Made by a program: the position numbers and the translations under genes. Below, one piece after another: positions 1 to 9,145 of a stretch of DNA of 24,109 bases. The DNA lies in the IMG/VR virus record IMGVR_UViG_3300025635_000150, positions 1-24,109 of that record, one strand, 5' to 3'. Source of the stretch: a virus. Taxonomy: Duplodnaviria; Caudoviricetes. The notes below the pieces were generated by a model, which was not told the origin of the DNA, searched no databases, and saw nothing but the letters and a program-made list of their open reading frames with translations. Each line of letters begins with the position of its first letter. Position 1 is the first letter of the stretch.

Positions 1-1474
1 TCGGAAAGCGCACGAGGTAGGTCGTCGTGTCGGCGTTCGCCGCCGCTGCCTTGAAGCCGCGCATCCGGTAGGTATCGAGCGCGGGCAGGTGTTCACGGGT
101 GATGTCGTAGCTGAGCGCGTCCAGACCGCCGAGCGTCGTGATGAGCGGCAGCGACGTGCGTTCCAGGAGGGATGAGAGGTCAATCCGCTCCTGAATTTCG
201 ATCCGTCCCGCCATGTCGGCGACGATGCGCCCGCCGCGACTGTCGGCCAGTTCCTTGATCTGTTCCCAGATGTTGGCCTTTTGCAGGTAGAGCGCCGGGT
301 AGTCCGCATCGTCGAAGTCACTGAACACCACATCGAAGAGCTGATGGATGTTCGTGTAGTTGCGAAAGAGGTGCGCAATCGCGCGCTGTATGGTCATGCC
401 CCGGATACCTGTCCAGTCAGTCGGCGCATCGGCACGGATGAGCGCCTTGCTGAAGCCGGGGAGCGCCATGTAGCGGGCGAGTGGGCTGATCACGTCGAAT
501 TCAAGTTCGTCGCCCCGGTCGTCTGAACCGCTGCCCCGGTCGCGCTGCAGGAAGCCCGTGCATAGGATATGGGAACGGCTTGGAATGATATTGCCGAACG
601 ACGTTTCCACGCCGTCGACAAAGTGCTGCGCCCAGACGATCACCATCACGCCATCGGGGATGTCGTCCAGCGCGGCGTTCTCAAACAGGCTGAACGAGGC
701 CGAAAACCCCGTCGCGTCGTCGCCCTGCACGCGCACGTCCGAACACTCATACGGCGGATCGTTCGCGTCGTGAATGCGCAGGCGAATGAACTGCACTTCG
801 GTTTTGGTGTTGGTGTCGTCGGTCACGGTGTGCACGACAAGGTACTTGCCCGCGCTGGTGAGAGTCAGCGTCGGGTTGTCGTCGGTGTCGTCGTCCCATG
901 TGCCGGACGCGCAGAACCATGAATGCGTAATGTCGCCGCCACTGTCGGGATCGAGTGTGTAGGAGGAAGCGCCGACGAACGGGATGTCAATCGAACCCGA
1001 CGCGGGCAGCCAGTACGCATAATGCCCGCCGCTCGTGGGGACGGGCGCGGGGTTGGACGTCTGGTCGGTATAGGTCGCATGATCTGGGGAGAAGCTGGAA
1101 TCGGCAGCCGGTAAACGGTCAGTTGGTAGAAAGTCGTCATAGACCGTAAAAGTATCTCCGGTGACGAGCTGGATCTCGCCCCAGCTCACTTCACGGATCG
1201 GCAGGTTGCTCGACGTAATCGACCCGGCGGCGCGGACGCTCGTCATCCCTTTGAAGTCGCCTGCGGAGGTATAGAACATCACGCGCATTGACGGGTACAC
1301 GTCCGCCGCGTCACCGCCCGTGAGCGTGTAGGTGAGGTTCAAGGCGCTTGCGGTCGCAGGATCGGCGCTGAGCGTGCCTTCGAGCACCGACACGCCGTCC
1401 ATGATCGAGACGTAGATATTGCAGGCGTGATTCCCGGCGCGGAGCGCAGTCAGATTCGATGATTGGCTAGGCAC
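1..1474 (-). CDS. Tail tip/hub-like structural protein, 3'-truncated at window edge (not in supplied ORF track)
   Basis: GTG at 1474-1472 overlaps the TAG of the upstream gene. The frame reads MPSQSSNLTALRAGNHACNIYVS...SSYTLDPDSGGDITHSWFCASGTWDDDTDDNPTLTLTSAGKYLVVHTVTDDTNTK... (PKD/Ig-like stretch) and is still in frame at the window edge (...LDTYRMRGFKAAAANADTTTYLVRFP). Position after tape measure and Dit-like gene. Confidence 0.75.
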   Translation of the reverse strand, partial: MPSQSSNLTALRAGNHACNIYVSIMDGVSVLEGTLSADPATASALNLTYTLTGGDAADVYPSMRVMFYTSAGDFKGMTSVRAAGSITSSNLPIREVSWGEIQLVTGDTFTVYDDFLPTDRLPAADSSFSPDHATYTDQTSNPAPVPTSGGHYAYWLPASGSIDIPFVGASSYTLDPDSGGDITHSWFCASGTWDDDTDDNPTLTLTSAGKYLVVHTVTDDTNTKTEVQFIRLRIHDANDPPYECSDVRVQGDDATGFSASFSLFENAALDDIPDGVMVIVWAQHFVDGVETSFGNIIPSRSHILCTGFLQRDRGSGSDDRGDELEFDVISPLARYMALPGFSKALIRADAPTDWTGIRGMTIQRAIAHLFRNYTNIHQLFDVVFSDFDDADYPALYLQKANIWEQIKELADSRGGRIVADMAGRIEIQERIDLSSLLERTSLPLITTLGGLDALSYDITREHLPALDTYRMRGFKAAAANADTTTYLVRFP

Positions 1475-2142
1475 TAGACAATCCTCCACTGCGATCCATC
1501 AGAGTATACGTCGATGCGGCTGTAGAGCGCGGTCAGCGTGTAGGTCGATGCGCCCTCGATGAGTTCGGACGAATTCGGGTCGATCACGAGGTTATTGCTG
1601 GCGGAGGCCGATTTGACGAAGCTGTAGACCGTATTGACAGTGACGCCAGAGAGCGCGGGCAAGGTCAGTGTGACGTTCCCGCCCGACGTATCAACATTGA
1701 TCAACCGATCACTTGTAGTCACAGTGTAATTGGCGGACTTTGAGACGGCCTGCTTGATCAGGTTGGAGAGTGGGAAGCGCACGTTTTTCAGCCACGCTTC
1801 GTTCGCATAGGCAAAGGTCGGTTTTTCGACCCTTCCCAAGAATGGAGTGTAGTAGCCGTCCTCCGTGAGCAGGGTCAGCGCGACCGCCTTCGACGCGACA
1901 TTGAAACCGCCGAACACCGTGTTCATGAACGTGCGGTAGTAGCTCACGCGCATAAGGTTGAAGAACAGGACAGAATCAATGTAGCCGTCGTGCCGCATAA
2001 CGCCGGAATAGGTCTTCCGCCGCACCTTGCCCGTGAGTGGCGTGAGGTTTTCTTCTTCGATACTCGGATCGAATTCGGTGAGCGTCGTCACGTTCACGAG
2101 ACTCGCGAGTGTGCCGTTCGCTGCAATCGCAAAGTACGTCAT
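1474..2142 (-). CDS. Putative distal tail (Dit-like) protein with C-terminal beta-rich domain
   Basis: 222-aa ORF directly after the tape measure. C-terminal ~90 aa (SKSANYTVTTSDRLINVDTSGGNVTLTLP...SDGSQWRIV) is a beta-rich motif common in virion proteins. The Dit call is positional. Confidence 0.55.
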   Translation of the reverse strand: MTYFAIAANGTLASLVNVTTLTEFDPSIEEENLTPLTGKVRRKTYSGVMRHDGYIDSVLFFNLMRVSYYRTFMNTVFGGFNVASKAVALTLLTEDGYYTPFLGRVEKPTFAYANEAWLKNVRFPLSNLIKQAVSKSANYTVTTSDRLINVDTSGGNVTLTLPALSGVTVNTVYSFVKSASASNNLVIDPNSSELIEGASTYTLTALYSRIDVYSDGSQWRIV

Positions 2143-2145
2143 CGG

Positions 2146-4638
2146 TTATCCCTGTATCAGTCCGGCGCGGTCGAAGTAATTCCAGATCACGCCCGTCACC
2201 TGATCGACTACCTGCTGCGGTGTCATGCCCGTGATGTTGATAGTCGGTCCGCCAACGTTTTGGTTATTGGTGATACTGGACGGCAGCGCCTGTTTGCCCG
2301 CGGGCTTGAGCGGGATGATGATTTCCGGGCTGTGGAGCATGGCGAGGCCGGGACTGGTCACAATGCCACCATCCGCAAACGCGGTGGGCATGGCCCGCGT
2401 CGGACCGCCGCCGCTGCCGACGCGTGTCGTGGTGGTCGTTGCCGTCGCGACCGCCTGCCAAGCCGTAGACGAACGATTGACCATGTAGGTCAACCAGAAC
2501 TCGGCATTCCGCGCCATGCTCTGGTACAACTGCGCTTCGCCAGTTGCCCGGTACTGCATGAGGTTGAGCGCCGCGACGTTCGCCTGCTGCTGCACCATGC
2601 GCTGGGCATTCTCGGCATTCTGCACATCGATGATCGCCTGTTGGTTTGCCCGGAGACGCGTCGCACGTTCTTCAGACCAGCGTTGGTTCTCGCGATTGAT
2701 CGCGTCCCGCGCGGCCTTGTCCTGATCGGCGAGCTGCTGCCGCAGTGTGTCGCGGAGTTCCTTTTCGCGTTCGGCGTAGGCGTCTTTCTCTTGGTCAATC
2801 TGTTCCTGCTGCGCCGATTTTGCGGTGATGTAGGCCAGCACGTCACGGGCAGCAATCGAATTGGCGATGTTCGCGTTCGCCTTTTTCACGATGTCCATGA
2901 TCTTCTTTTGCGTGGCGGTGTTCGCCTTCAGGAGATCATCATCGGCCTTCGTTTGCAGTTCCCGCCGCTTGGCAAGCTGCGTTGTCTGGATCTCATTGAT
3001 CGCGGCTTCATGCTCAAAGACGGCCTTGCTCCATGCGTTCGTCGCTTCCAGTGCCGACTTGTGCGCATCCGCCAGCTTTTCATTGGCCGCCATCACTGCA
3101 TCGGTCGATTTCGTGACCCGCTCGTTCAGATCGTCTAAGGCTTGCTGCGCGAGTTTCGCCTTCTCCGTCTTGTCAGCGGTTGATTCCAGTACGTCGCCGA
3201 GTTCGCCCTGTTCGATCTTGAGATCGACAATGCGCTGCGTCAGTTGCTCCGTCGCATCCGCTGATAAGTGGCCGTGTTCAAGGAGCGCCTGATACTGCTC
3301 CACCTCCACGTTGATCGCGTCAATGCGCTGCTGGCGCTGTTCAGCGGTTAGCTCGTCCGCGCGGAGCGTGACCTCCGTCGCCAGCAGGGAGCGACGACTC
3401 GCCTCTTCATGTGCGGCCTGCGCGTCAGCTAGGCTGGCGGTGACACTGCCTAAAATCTCGTTCGCGCGCTGCAGGCGTCCGATCTCGCCATCAATGCCCG
3501 TCGTATCCAGACCGGAGTCGGACAAGACTTGCCGTTGTTGTTCCAGTAGCTGCATGGATCGGTTGTTCGCGTCGATTTGCTGCTGGCGCTGGGCCGCGGT
3601 CAAACGGTCGGCCTGTTCCAGCACGTCAAAATCGTTCTGCACGCCCTGCATCCGCGTATCGGCGAGCTGGCGCTCTGCATCTTCCAGATCATTGGCCGCA
3701 AACGCGCCATTGGCCTGCGCTTGGGCGAGCCGCGCCGTGTAGCCTTCGGAACTGGCAATCTGCGCATCCAAGTCTTTAAGCTGGTCACGCAGTTGAGCGG
3801 TGGGCAGTTGACCCGCGGCTTCGAGCGCGCGCGCTACCCCATCGCCAAAGGATTGCTGCGCCTGAGCAAACGCGCTGTCAATCGCGCCTTGGGTTTCCGC
3901 GCGCTGCTGGCGCAGTTGTTCAAGGCGCGATTGCTCCGTCTGAATTTCCTCTGCCGCTTGGGACGACGTGAACGATCCAATCGCTTCGTAGTAGCGGTTC
4001 TGCGCATCAAGCGTACCCTGTAGGGCGGTGCGCTGTGCTTCCATCTGCTGGTTATAGGCGGACATCGCAATCGACACCGCGGCGAGCGCCCCCGCGGTGA
4101 TACCGCCCGTCACGCCGAGCGAGGAAATACTACCACCCAGATCGCCGATCAACCCCGCCGCGTTCGCGAGATCGCCCTGCCCCAGACCTGAAAGGAGCTG
4201 TGATCCGACACTGCCGAGCCGATCCACCGTCTCCGCGCGTCCGGGGTCACTGCCGCCGGATGCGGAGGGCGTGCTGATGCCGCCCTGTGCTACGTCCTGC
4301 GCATTTGCCAGCGCGTCCGCAACGCCCTGAATTTCGGAGTCGGATGCGCCGATATCGCTCAGGTTCTGCGCGACCCGTTCAAGCGCGGTCGCCCACCCAT
4401 CCGTTTCCTGCGCGGCGCGAATAGCGTCCTGCGCGATGCCTTCAATCGCTTTCGCGCGGGCCAGTTCTGCAAACTGCGCGTTCAATTTAGCCGCAGCATC
4501 CGCGGCACTCAGTTCCGCCCGGGAGGTATCACCAAAGAGGTCTTCAAGTTCTTTGTTAGCGGCGAGCGCGCGCTGCACACTTCGTTCGTCCACGACATAA
4601 CGAAGGATGGTGCTTGCCACTTGCGACTTTTCGGCCAT
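2146..4638 (-). CDS. Tail tape measure protein
   Basis: 830 aa, Ala/Gln/Glu-rich helical, Gly-rich hydrophobic segment, C-terminal FADGGIVTSPGLAMLHSPEIIIPL motif typical of tape measures. RBS AAGGAGG. Follows the chaperone pair. Confidence 0.9.
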   Translation of the reverse strand: MAEKSQVASTILRYVVDERSVQRALAANKELEDLFGDTSRAELSAADAAAKLNAQFAELARAKAIEGIAQDAIRAAQETDGWATALERVAQNLSDIGASDSEIQGVADALANAQDVAQGGISTPSASGGSDPGRAETVDRLGSVGSQLLSGLGQGDLANAAGLIGDLGGSISSLGVTGGITAGALAAVSIAMSAYNQQMEAQRTALQGTLDAQNRYYEAIGSFTSSQAAEEIQTEQSRLEQLRQQRAETQGAIDSAFAQAQQSFGDGVARALEAAGQLPTAQLRDQLKDLDAQIASSEGYTARLAQAQANGAFAANDLEDAERQLADTRMQGVQNDFDVLEQADRLTAAQRQQQIDANNRSMQLLEQQRQVLSDSGLDTTGIDGEIGRLQRANEILGSVTASLADAQAAHEEASRRSLLATEVTLRADELTAEQRQQRIDAINVEVEQYQALLEHGHLSADATEQLTQRIVDLKIEQGELGDVLESTADKTEKAKLAQQALDDLNERVTKSTDAVMAANEKLADAHKSALEATNAWSKAVFEHEAAINEIQTTQLAKRRELQTKADDDLLKANTATQKKIMDIVKKANANIANSIAARDVLAYITAKSAQQEQIDQEKDAYAEREKELRDTLRQQLADQDKAARDAINRENQRWSEERATRLRANQQAIIDVQNAENAQRMVQQQANVAALNLMQYRATGEAQLYQSMARNAEFWLTYMVNRSSTAWQAVATATTTTTRVGSGGGPTRAMPTAFADGGIVTSPGLAMLHSPEIIIPLKPAGKQALPSSITNNQNVGGPTINITGMTPQQVVDQVTGVIWNYFDRAGLIQG

Positions 4639-4660
4639 ACCTGCCCTCCTTTCTCAGACA

Positions 4661-4688
4661 GCAAAAGACCGTCCACGAGGACGGTCTT
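4661..4688 (-). terminator. Intrinsic terminator-like hairpin before the tape measure gene
   Basis: Perfect 10-bp stem AAGACCGTCC (4665-4674)/GGACGGTCTT (4679-4688), 4-nt loop, ending in TTTT on the minus strand. Confidence 0.65.
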
Positions 4689-4700
4689 GGAGTAGTCGTG

Positions 4701-4976
4701 TTATTCACCCTGCGCGTCACGCTGGAATTTGAGCAGTTGGTGCATGAGGTAGAGATCGTGCTCCCAAGCGACCGGCTGCGCGGCCACTTCTTCCGGCGTG
4801 CGCGGTTTGCCCCCGTTTTCGCGGTGCAGCGATTCGCGCAGCACCAGCTGCGGATCGTAGTGAAAACGCCAGTCATCGGGCTCCGTGAGGGCAAGCCGCT
4901 CTTTCCCCTCTTCCTCGACCAGCTTGATCAGTTGTTCGCGTAGATCCCGCCGCGCGGCTCGACGGCGGGTGATCAA
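4701..4976 (-). CDS. Tail assembly chaperone, second (T-like) ORF; probable -1 frameshift extension
   Basis: 91-codon ORF in the -1 frame overlapping the stop of 4973..5395. TTG start with no obvious RBS. Lies between major tail and tape measure genes. Confidence 0.6.
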   Translation of the reverse strand: MITRRRAARRDLREQLIKLVEEEGKERLALTEPDDWRFHYDPQLVLRESLHRENGGKPRTPEEVAAQPVAWEHDLYLMHQLLKFQRDAQGE

Positions 4977-5395
4977 GAAGGGTCAGCTTTTTCGCCTTCG
5001 TTCAACCGTTCATCCGGGAGCAGTTCGCGCGGCGCATCCAACGGCGTGCTCTGTTCATCCGTAAAGGCTTGATTCCAGAGCGCGTTCACGCGCCAGCCAA
5101 TGAGTTCCATACGCTTTTCCCACAAGGCACGCGCGTCCAGTGGCTGCGCATCCTTGTGCAGCATCCACCAGTTCCAGAACTCACGAAACGCCCCCAGTTC
5201 CGGGTGCGCGCCGTCGACCACGACCTGCGTGGTGTGCGCGAGCAGCAGGGCAAAATTGGCGACGAATTTCTCGTCGCCACTTTCCACCGCGCCGCTTTCA
5301 ATGATCTGGTTCGCGAGTTTCCGCGCTTGATGATTCGTGCCCAGCGACTGAAACCGCATCCCGAAACGGATCGAAGCGCTATTCGGCTGCGTCAT
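4973..5395 (-). CDS. Tail assembly chaperone (G-like)
   Basis: 140 aa ending ...EKADPS. Canonical position upstream of the tape measure with an overlapping -1 frame ORF. Confidence 0.6.
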   Translation of the reverse strand: MTQPNSASIRFGMRFQSLGTNHQARKLANQIIESGAVESGDEKFVANFALLLAHTTQVVVDGAHPELGAFREFWNWWMLHKDAQPLDARALWEKRMELIGWRVNALWNQAFTDEQSTPLDAPRELLPDERLNEGEKADPS

Positions 5396-5624
5396 CCGCC
5401 GCCTGCGCTTTCTTGGTGGCTTTCGGCGCGACGAGCGCGGTCAGTTCGGCGACTGCCGCTTGATACGCGCCGCCAAGCGGGAGCACGACGAAGAAGCCTT
5501 CGCCAATGCCCTGCGTCGTCGCGGGGCGTTCATACGGACGCCCCGCGACATCGGTCTGCGGCCACGACTCGACCGAGCCGTCCGCGTTCAATTTGCCGAG
5601 ACGAGGATCAGAAATCGCCATCAC
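5379..5624 (-). CDS. Small hypothetical tail-region protein
   Basis: 81 aa, start overlaps the major tail stop (GTGA), protein-like composition. Confidence 0.6.
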   Translation of the reverse strand: MMAISDPRLGKLNADGSVESWPQTDVAGRPYERPATTQGIGEGFFVVLPLGGAYQAAVAELTALVAPKATKKAQAADDAAE

Positions 5625-6496
5625 GGCACCGGGAAGGAGCTATCCAGCACCTGATAGATCGCGTGGTGCAGATCACCCGTTGTGCCTGCGGACGCGATGG
5701 TGACGACGCCCGTGGACGTGCTGATGCTGGTCGCAGCGGTCGCGACCCCGGCCTTCGTCGTCCAGTTGTCCGTGTTGCCACTCGTGACCGTGTTCTTCCA
5801 CGGCTTGTAGGCGAGGGTGAACGTGGTTGCAACGCCGTTCGCGACATAGGTTGTCATGGCAATCGGACGATCCGTCACGATCTGCACCATGACCGCCTTG
5901 TTCTTGTAGAACGACTGGTTCGCGCCGAACGCGACGCCGTTCGGGAATTTGCTCGTCACCTTCGGGAAGAAGGTCGCGCGCATCGGCGAGGGGTTCTCAC
6001 CGCCCGTGTGCGAGAGCGGCGGCTGGCTGAAGCGGAGCTGGCCGCGCATGAACAGCGTGCGGTACTTGAGTTCCCCGTCCGACCCGGAGGCGCGGCTGTG
6101 GAACTTACTCGTCAGGAACACGCCCACGTCATTCGGATCGGGGTTGAGTTCGTTCATGCCGCTGATCTCAAACCCGCTCACGGTGGTTGTGTCCGACGCG
6201 CCGCCGCCGGAGAGCTGGATCAGCGTGTCGTCGATGTCGGAAAAGACCATCGGGATTTCCGGCACATCCGCGAGGCCGATGGTGATCGAGCCGAGGAATT
6301 GCCCGCCGCCGCGGAAGACCGCGCGTTCGAACGAGAATTCCGGCAGCGTCACTTCGACCGGGTTGTCCACGAGGTACGCGTGGGAGGTGACATTCGAACC
6401 GGGATTGCCGGGGTCGGCAATCTGCCCGTACGAATAGTTGTTGTACATCTTGAAGAACTGCGCCGCGAAAAGCCCGGCGATATTGCCTTTAGCCAT
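5621..6496 (-). CDS. Major tail (tube) protein
   Basis: 291 aa, strong RBS GAGGAG, beta-rich with Thr/Gly-rich C-terminal extension (ANGVATTFTLAYKP...TGVVTIASA). Position between tail terminator and chaperones. Confidence 0.7.
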   Translation of the reverse strand: MAKGNIAGLFAAQFFKMYNNYSYGQIADPGNPGSNVTSHAYLVDNPVEVTLPEFSFERAVFRGGGQFLGSITIGLADVPEIPMVFSDIDDTLIQLSGGGASDTTTVSGFEISGMNELNPDPNDVGVFLTSKFHSRASGSDGELKYRTLFMRGQLRFSQPPLSHTGGENPSPMRATFFPKVTSKFPNGVAFGANQSFYKNKAVMVQIVTDRPIAMTTYVANGVATTFTLAYKPWKNTVTSGNTDNWTTKAGVATAATSISTSTGVVTIASAGTTGDLHHAIYQVLDSSFPVP

Positions 6497-6508
6497 GATT
6501 ACTCCTCG

Positions 6509-7018
6509 CTAGTTGCCGCCATACACGGCAAATCGGATGTTACGGAACGGAAGCAGGATCGGGAGTTCCACCCCGATGTGACCAAAATCCTCGAAGACGC
6601 CGAGCGGCGTCATATCGAGCACGTCCACGTTCTCGATGTCCAGCAGCCACCCATCGGCCTTTGGCGGCTGCTGATTGGGTAAATACACGAGCGAGCGCCG
6701 CGCCTCGAAATACGCCATGACGGTCGGCATCCACTGCCAGAGCGCGCCTTCGTACTGACCGTTGTAGCCTGTCTGTCCGGCGTAGCCGAGCACAAGGCGC
6801 ATATTGACCGTGTGCGTGAACACGCGCGTCTTCGCGGCATCCTTACGCCGGGACACGCCCCCCGGCCACACCCACCAGAACGGTGGTACGGCGTTCGCCT
6901 TCACATAGCGCTCCACCCGCTGCACGGGCGGCGTGAAGACCGCCGACACCTCTTTCAGCATGGGGATGATCCGCTCGTCAATCGTCGTTTCGAGATAGGT
7001 CTCCACCGTGACCGTCAT
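6509..7018 (-). CDS. Putative tail terminator/completion protein
   Basis: 169 aa, ATGA overlap with the adaptor gene, immediately before the major tail gene. Positional call. Confidence 0.55.
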   Translation of the reverse strand: MTVTVETYLETTIDERIIPMLKEVSAVFTPPVQRVERYVKANAVPPFWWVWPGGVSRRKDAAKTRVFTHTVNMRLVLGYAGQTGYNGQYEGALWQWMPTVMAYFEARRSLVYLPNQQPPKADGWLLDIENVDVLDMTPLGVFEDFGHIGVELPILLPFRNIRFAVYGGN

Positions 7019-7917
7019 ACGTCGAAGATCCGCATGGTGGGCGACGACGAGCCCTTGAAGTGGTCGAGGATCGCCGCGACATCCGGCGGCAGGTCTTGCG
7101 GCAGTCGTTCGCCCATCTGCGTGTTCGGGTTGAACTGCACCGTCGCGAAGTGTCCCGCCCGCTTGTAGTAGTACGAGGCGAGGCGGACGCAGGCTTTCGC
7201 GATGTTCTGTTCGACCTGCCAGACGGAGAGCGTCGCCGCGCTGTGCGCGACCGCCGTCGTCCCCCGCGCGCCCCGGTTCACATACACCGTGGTATCCGTG
7301 ATGCGCGTCACTTCGAGGTATTCGGTCGTACCGCTCGATGTCGCTTTGAGCAGCATCCCTTCGGAGAAACGCGGCGTGCGCCGAAACGCATCCTCCCCAT
7401 CCACGTCCGACGCGGTGAAGCTGGCGGTGGTCGTGGAGGCCAGCGTGAGCGTTTCACCGGGGTTGAACCACATCCCGCCAAACGGCTGCGTCGAATGCCA
7501 CACCCCTGCGACCTGAATCGCGTCGACCGGATCGCCAGCCGCATCCGCCAGCCAGAGCGCCGACCCCGTCGCCTTCAGGCGAATGCGGTCATACGGCGCG
7601 CCCGCTTTCGGAATGAGCGTGTAGTCCGCGCCCGTGAGCACCGACCCGTCGCCATTGGTGACGCTCGTCACTTCGGCGAGCAGTTCGTGCAGGCGCAGAT
7701 CCAAGCCCTGCGTGTCCGACTCCGCGTTCAGGTAGCGTGTCTGGACGCGCGGGAAGAAGGAGCGCCCCGCGAGTTCCAGATCGATGCGGGCAGTCGCGTC
7801 GCGGAGCGCCTTGATCGCGGTCGGGTCGTCGTTAACGGCAAGTGGATCGCCGTTGCCGAGTTCCATGCGGATGTCCGCAAGCGTCGCGTAGGTGGCAAAC
7901 GACACGGCGTAGGTCAT
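7015..7917 (-). CDS. Head-tail adaptor/connector (gp6/gp15-like) with inserted beta domain
   Basis: N-terminal YATLADIRMELG...ALRDATARID...GRSF and C-terminal IAKACVRLASYYYKR...LPPDVAAIL match the usual adaptor pattern. Confidence 0.8.
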   Translation of the reverse strand: MTYAVSFATYATLADIRMELGNGDPLAVNDDPTAIKALRDATARIDLELAGRSFFPRVQTRYLNAESDTQGLDLRLHELLAEVTSVTNGDGSVLTGADYTLIPKAGAPYDRIRLKATGSALWLADAAGDPVDAIQVAGVWHSTQPFGGMWFNPGETLTLASTTTASFTASDVDGEDAFRRTPRFSEGMLLKATSSGTTEYLEVTRITDTTVYVNRGARGTTAVAHSAATLSVWQVEQNIAKACVRLASYYYKRAGHFATVQFNPNTQMGERLPQDLPPDVAAILDHFKGSSSPTMRIFDV

Positions 7918-7919
7918 GG

Positions 7920-8282
7920 TTACGCCTCAGCGCCGAGAAGCGCCCGGATGTAGTCCGCTTTCAGGATCGCGCCCTTGCTGCCCGTGCCGACCACTTCCAA
8001 GCCCTGCGCTTCCGCGAGTTCGCGCAGTTCAGCGGTTGTGAACGACTCATAGTCCACCGCAGGATCAACCGCGACGGGTTCAACTTCCGCCGTCACCGCG
8101 TCTTCGACGGGAACTACCGGAGCAACCTCAACCGCAGCCGCCGTCTCGGTTTCGACCGCGCGGGCGTGGCCGTTTGCGATCAGGTACACGCCGAGGTCGT
8201 CAGCGACTTCATGGACACCGGGCGCGAGGAACTGTTCGTTCGTGCGTTCGCCGCGGTAGCCGTTGAGAATGTGAATGCGCAT
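7920..8282 (-). CDS. Small head-region protein with C-terminal Rho-N/HeH-like helical motif
   Basis: 120 aa, RBS GGAGG, acidic linker, then YESFTTAELRELAEAQGLEVVGTGSKGAILKADYIRALL. Confidence 0.65.
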   Translation of the reverse strand: MRIHILNGYRGERTNEQFLAPGVHEVADDLGVYLIANGHARAVETETAAAVEVAPVVPVEDAVTAEVEPVAVDPAVDYESFTTAELRELAEAQGLEVVGTGSKGAILKADYIRALLGAEA

Positions 8283-8291
8283 CGTGACCTC

Positions 8292-8657
8292 CTAGATCGG
8301 CATGTAATACAGGATGACGCTGCCCGTCTTGGTGTTGCCACCCGACGCGACCACGACCTGCGGCTTGCCCACGATCAACGGGTAGCATTTGCCCCCGGTG
8401 ATCGCCGTGCCGGTGGAGTCGTGCTCGTCCGCACGCACGTTGTAGAACGCATTGGCATTCGCGTTCGTGAGCGTGAGCAGCGTGCGGGCAACACCCGACG
8501 GCGTATCTTGGAGGGTAATCGTCGCATCGACGCCTGTATCGAATGTCCCTACCACCCATTCGATACCGATCAGCAGTCCGGCAACCTGATCTGGCGACTT
8601 GAGCGTCTTGTCGCCGCTGCTGTTTGTCGTAGCGGTCAGAATGACATCGCGAAGCAT
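8292..8657 (-). CDS. Hypothetical beta-rich virion protein
   Basis: 121 aa, Thr/Gly/Val-rich, in operon order. Confidence 0.65.
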   Translation of the reverse strand: MLRDVILTATTNSSGDKTLKSPDQVAGLLIGIEWVVGTFDTGVDATITLQDTPSGVARTLLTLTNANANAFYNVRADEHDSTGTAITGGKCYPLIVGKPQVVVASGGNTKTGSVILYYMPI

Positions 8658-8671
8658 CGAAACCCTTTCAG

Positions 8672-8693
8672 GGGGCGTAGAAAGCTACGCCCC
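8672..8693. repeat. Intergenic inverted repeat
   Basis: GGGGCGTAG-aaag-CTACGCCCC, no U-tract on the minus strand. Confidence 0.8.
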
Positions 8694-8703
8694 AACGAAT
8701 GAA

Positions 8704-9066
8704 TTAGGCGATGGTGACGTTGCGGGTGCTGGAGACGTACCAAACGCCCGCACGACCCACGAGCACCATGCCGTCGCTGATCGCGCCACCAAACGTCGCG
8801 ACATCGCGCGAGGTCGTCCCGCCGCCGAAACCGGGGGTGTGCGTGACCGTGTGCGCCTGCGCGGTTTCCGAAACGATCTTCAGTTCACAGATCGTGTCTG
8901 CGGGCGGGGTGTCCAGCGTGATCGCGGCGGCTGAGCCTTTGGTGATGAACACAATCCCGTTGGGGATCGTGATCGCGCCATCGCCACTCAATACCTGAAA
9001 CGGGATCGGGTCAACGGAGTTCGTTCCGCTGTTGTCCTTCGGTGCTACATTGCTCGCCAGAGCCAT
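8704..9066 (-). CDS. Putative capsid decoration/virion protein (paralog of 9146..9637)
   Basis: 120 aa, RBS AGGAG. Shares GDGAITI, KGSAAAITL, AQAH.VT, WY....RNVT.A with the upstream gene. Confidence 0.65.
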   Translation of the reverse strand: MALASNVAPKDNSGTNSVDPIPFQVLSGDGAITIPNGIVFITKGSAAAITLDTPPADTICELKIVSETAQAHTVTHTPGFGGGTTSRDVATFGGAISDGMVLVGRAGVWYVSSTRNVTIA

Positions 9067-9118
9067 GAGTTTTTACTCCTAAAACTAAGCGTGAGAAAGG
9101 AAGTGAAGCACTACCGAA

Positions 9119-9137
9119 GGGCGACCGAACGTCGCCC
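9119..9137. repeat. Intergenic inverted repeat
   Basis: GGGCGAC-cgaac-GTCGCCC just after the stop of 9146..9637. Confidence 0.7.
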
Positions 9138-9145
9138 CCGAAGAC

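Noticed and set aside
5069-6682. 537-aa plus-strand ORF (likewise 1990..3138, 7060..7953, 9759..11048, 13782..15164, 15429..16283)
   Set aside because: Antisense shadows of GC-rich minus-strand phage genes; Arg/His-rich, with no motifs or RBS.
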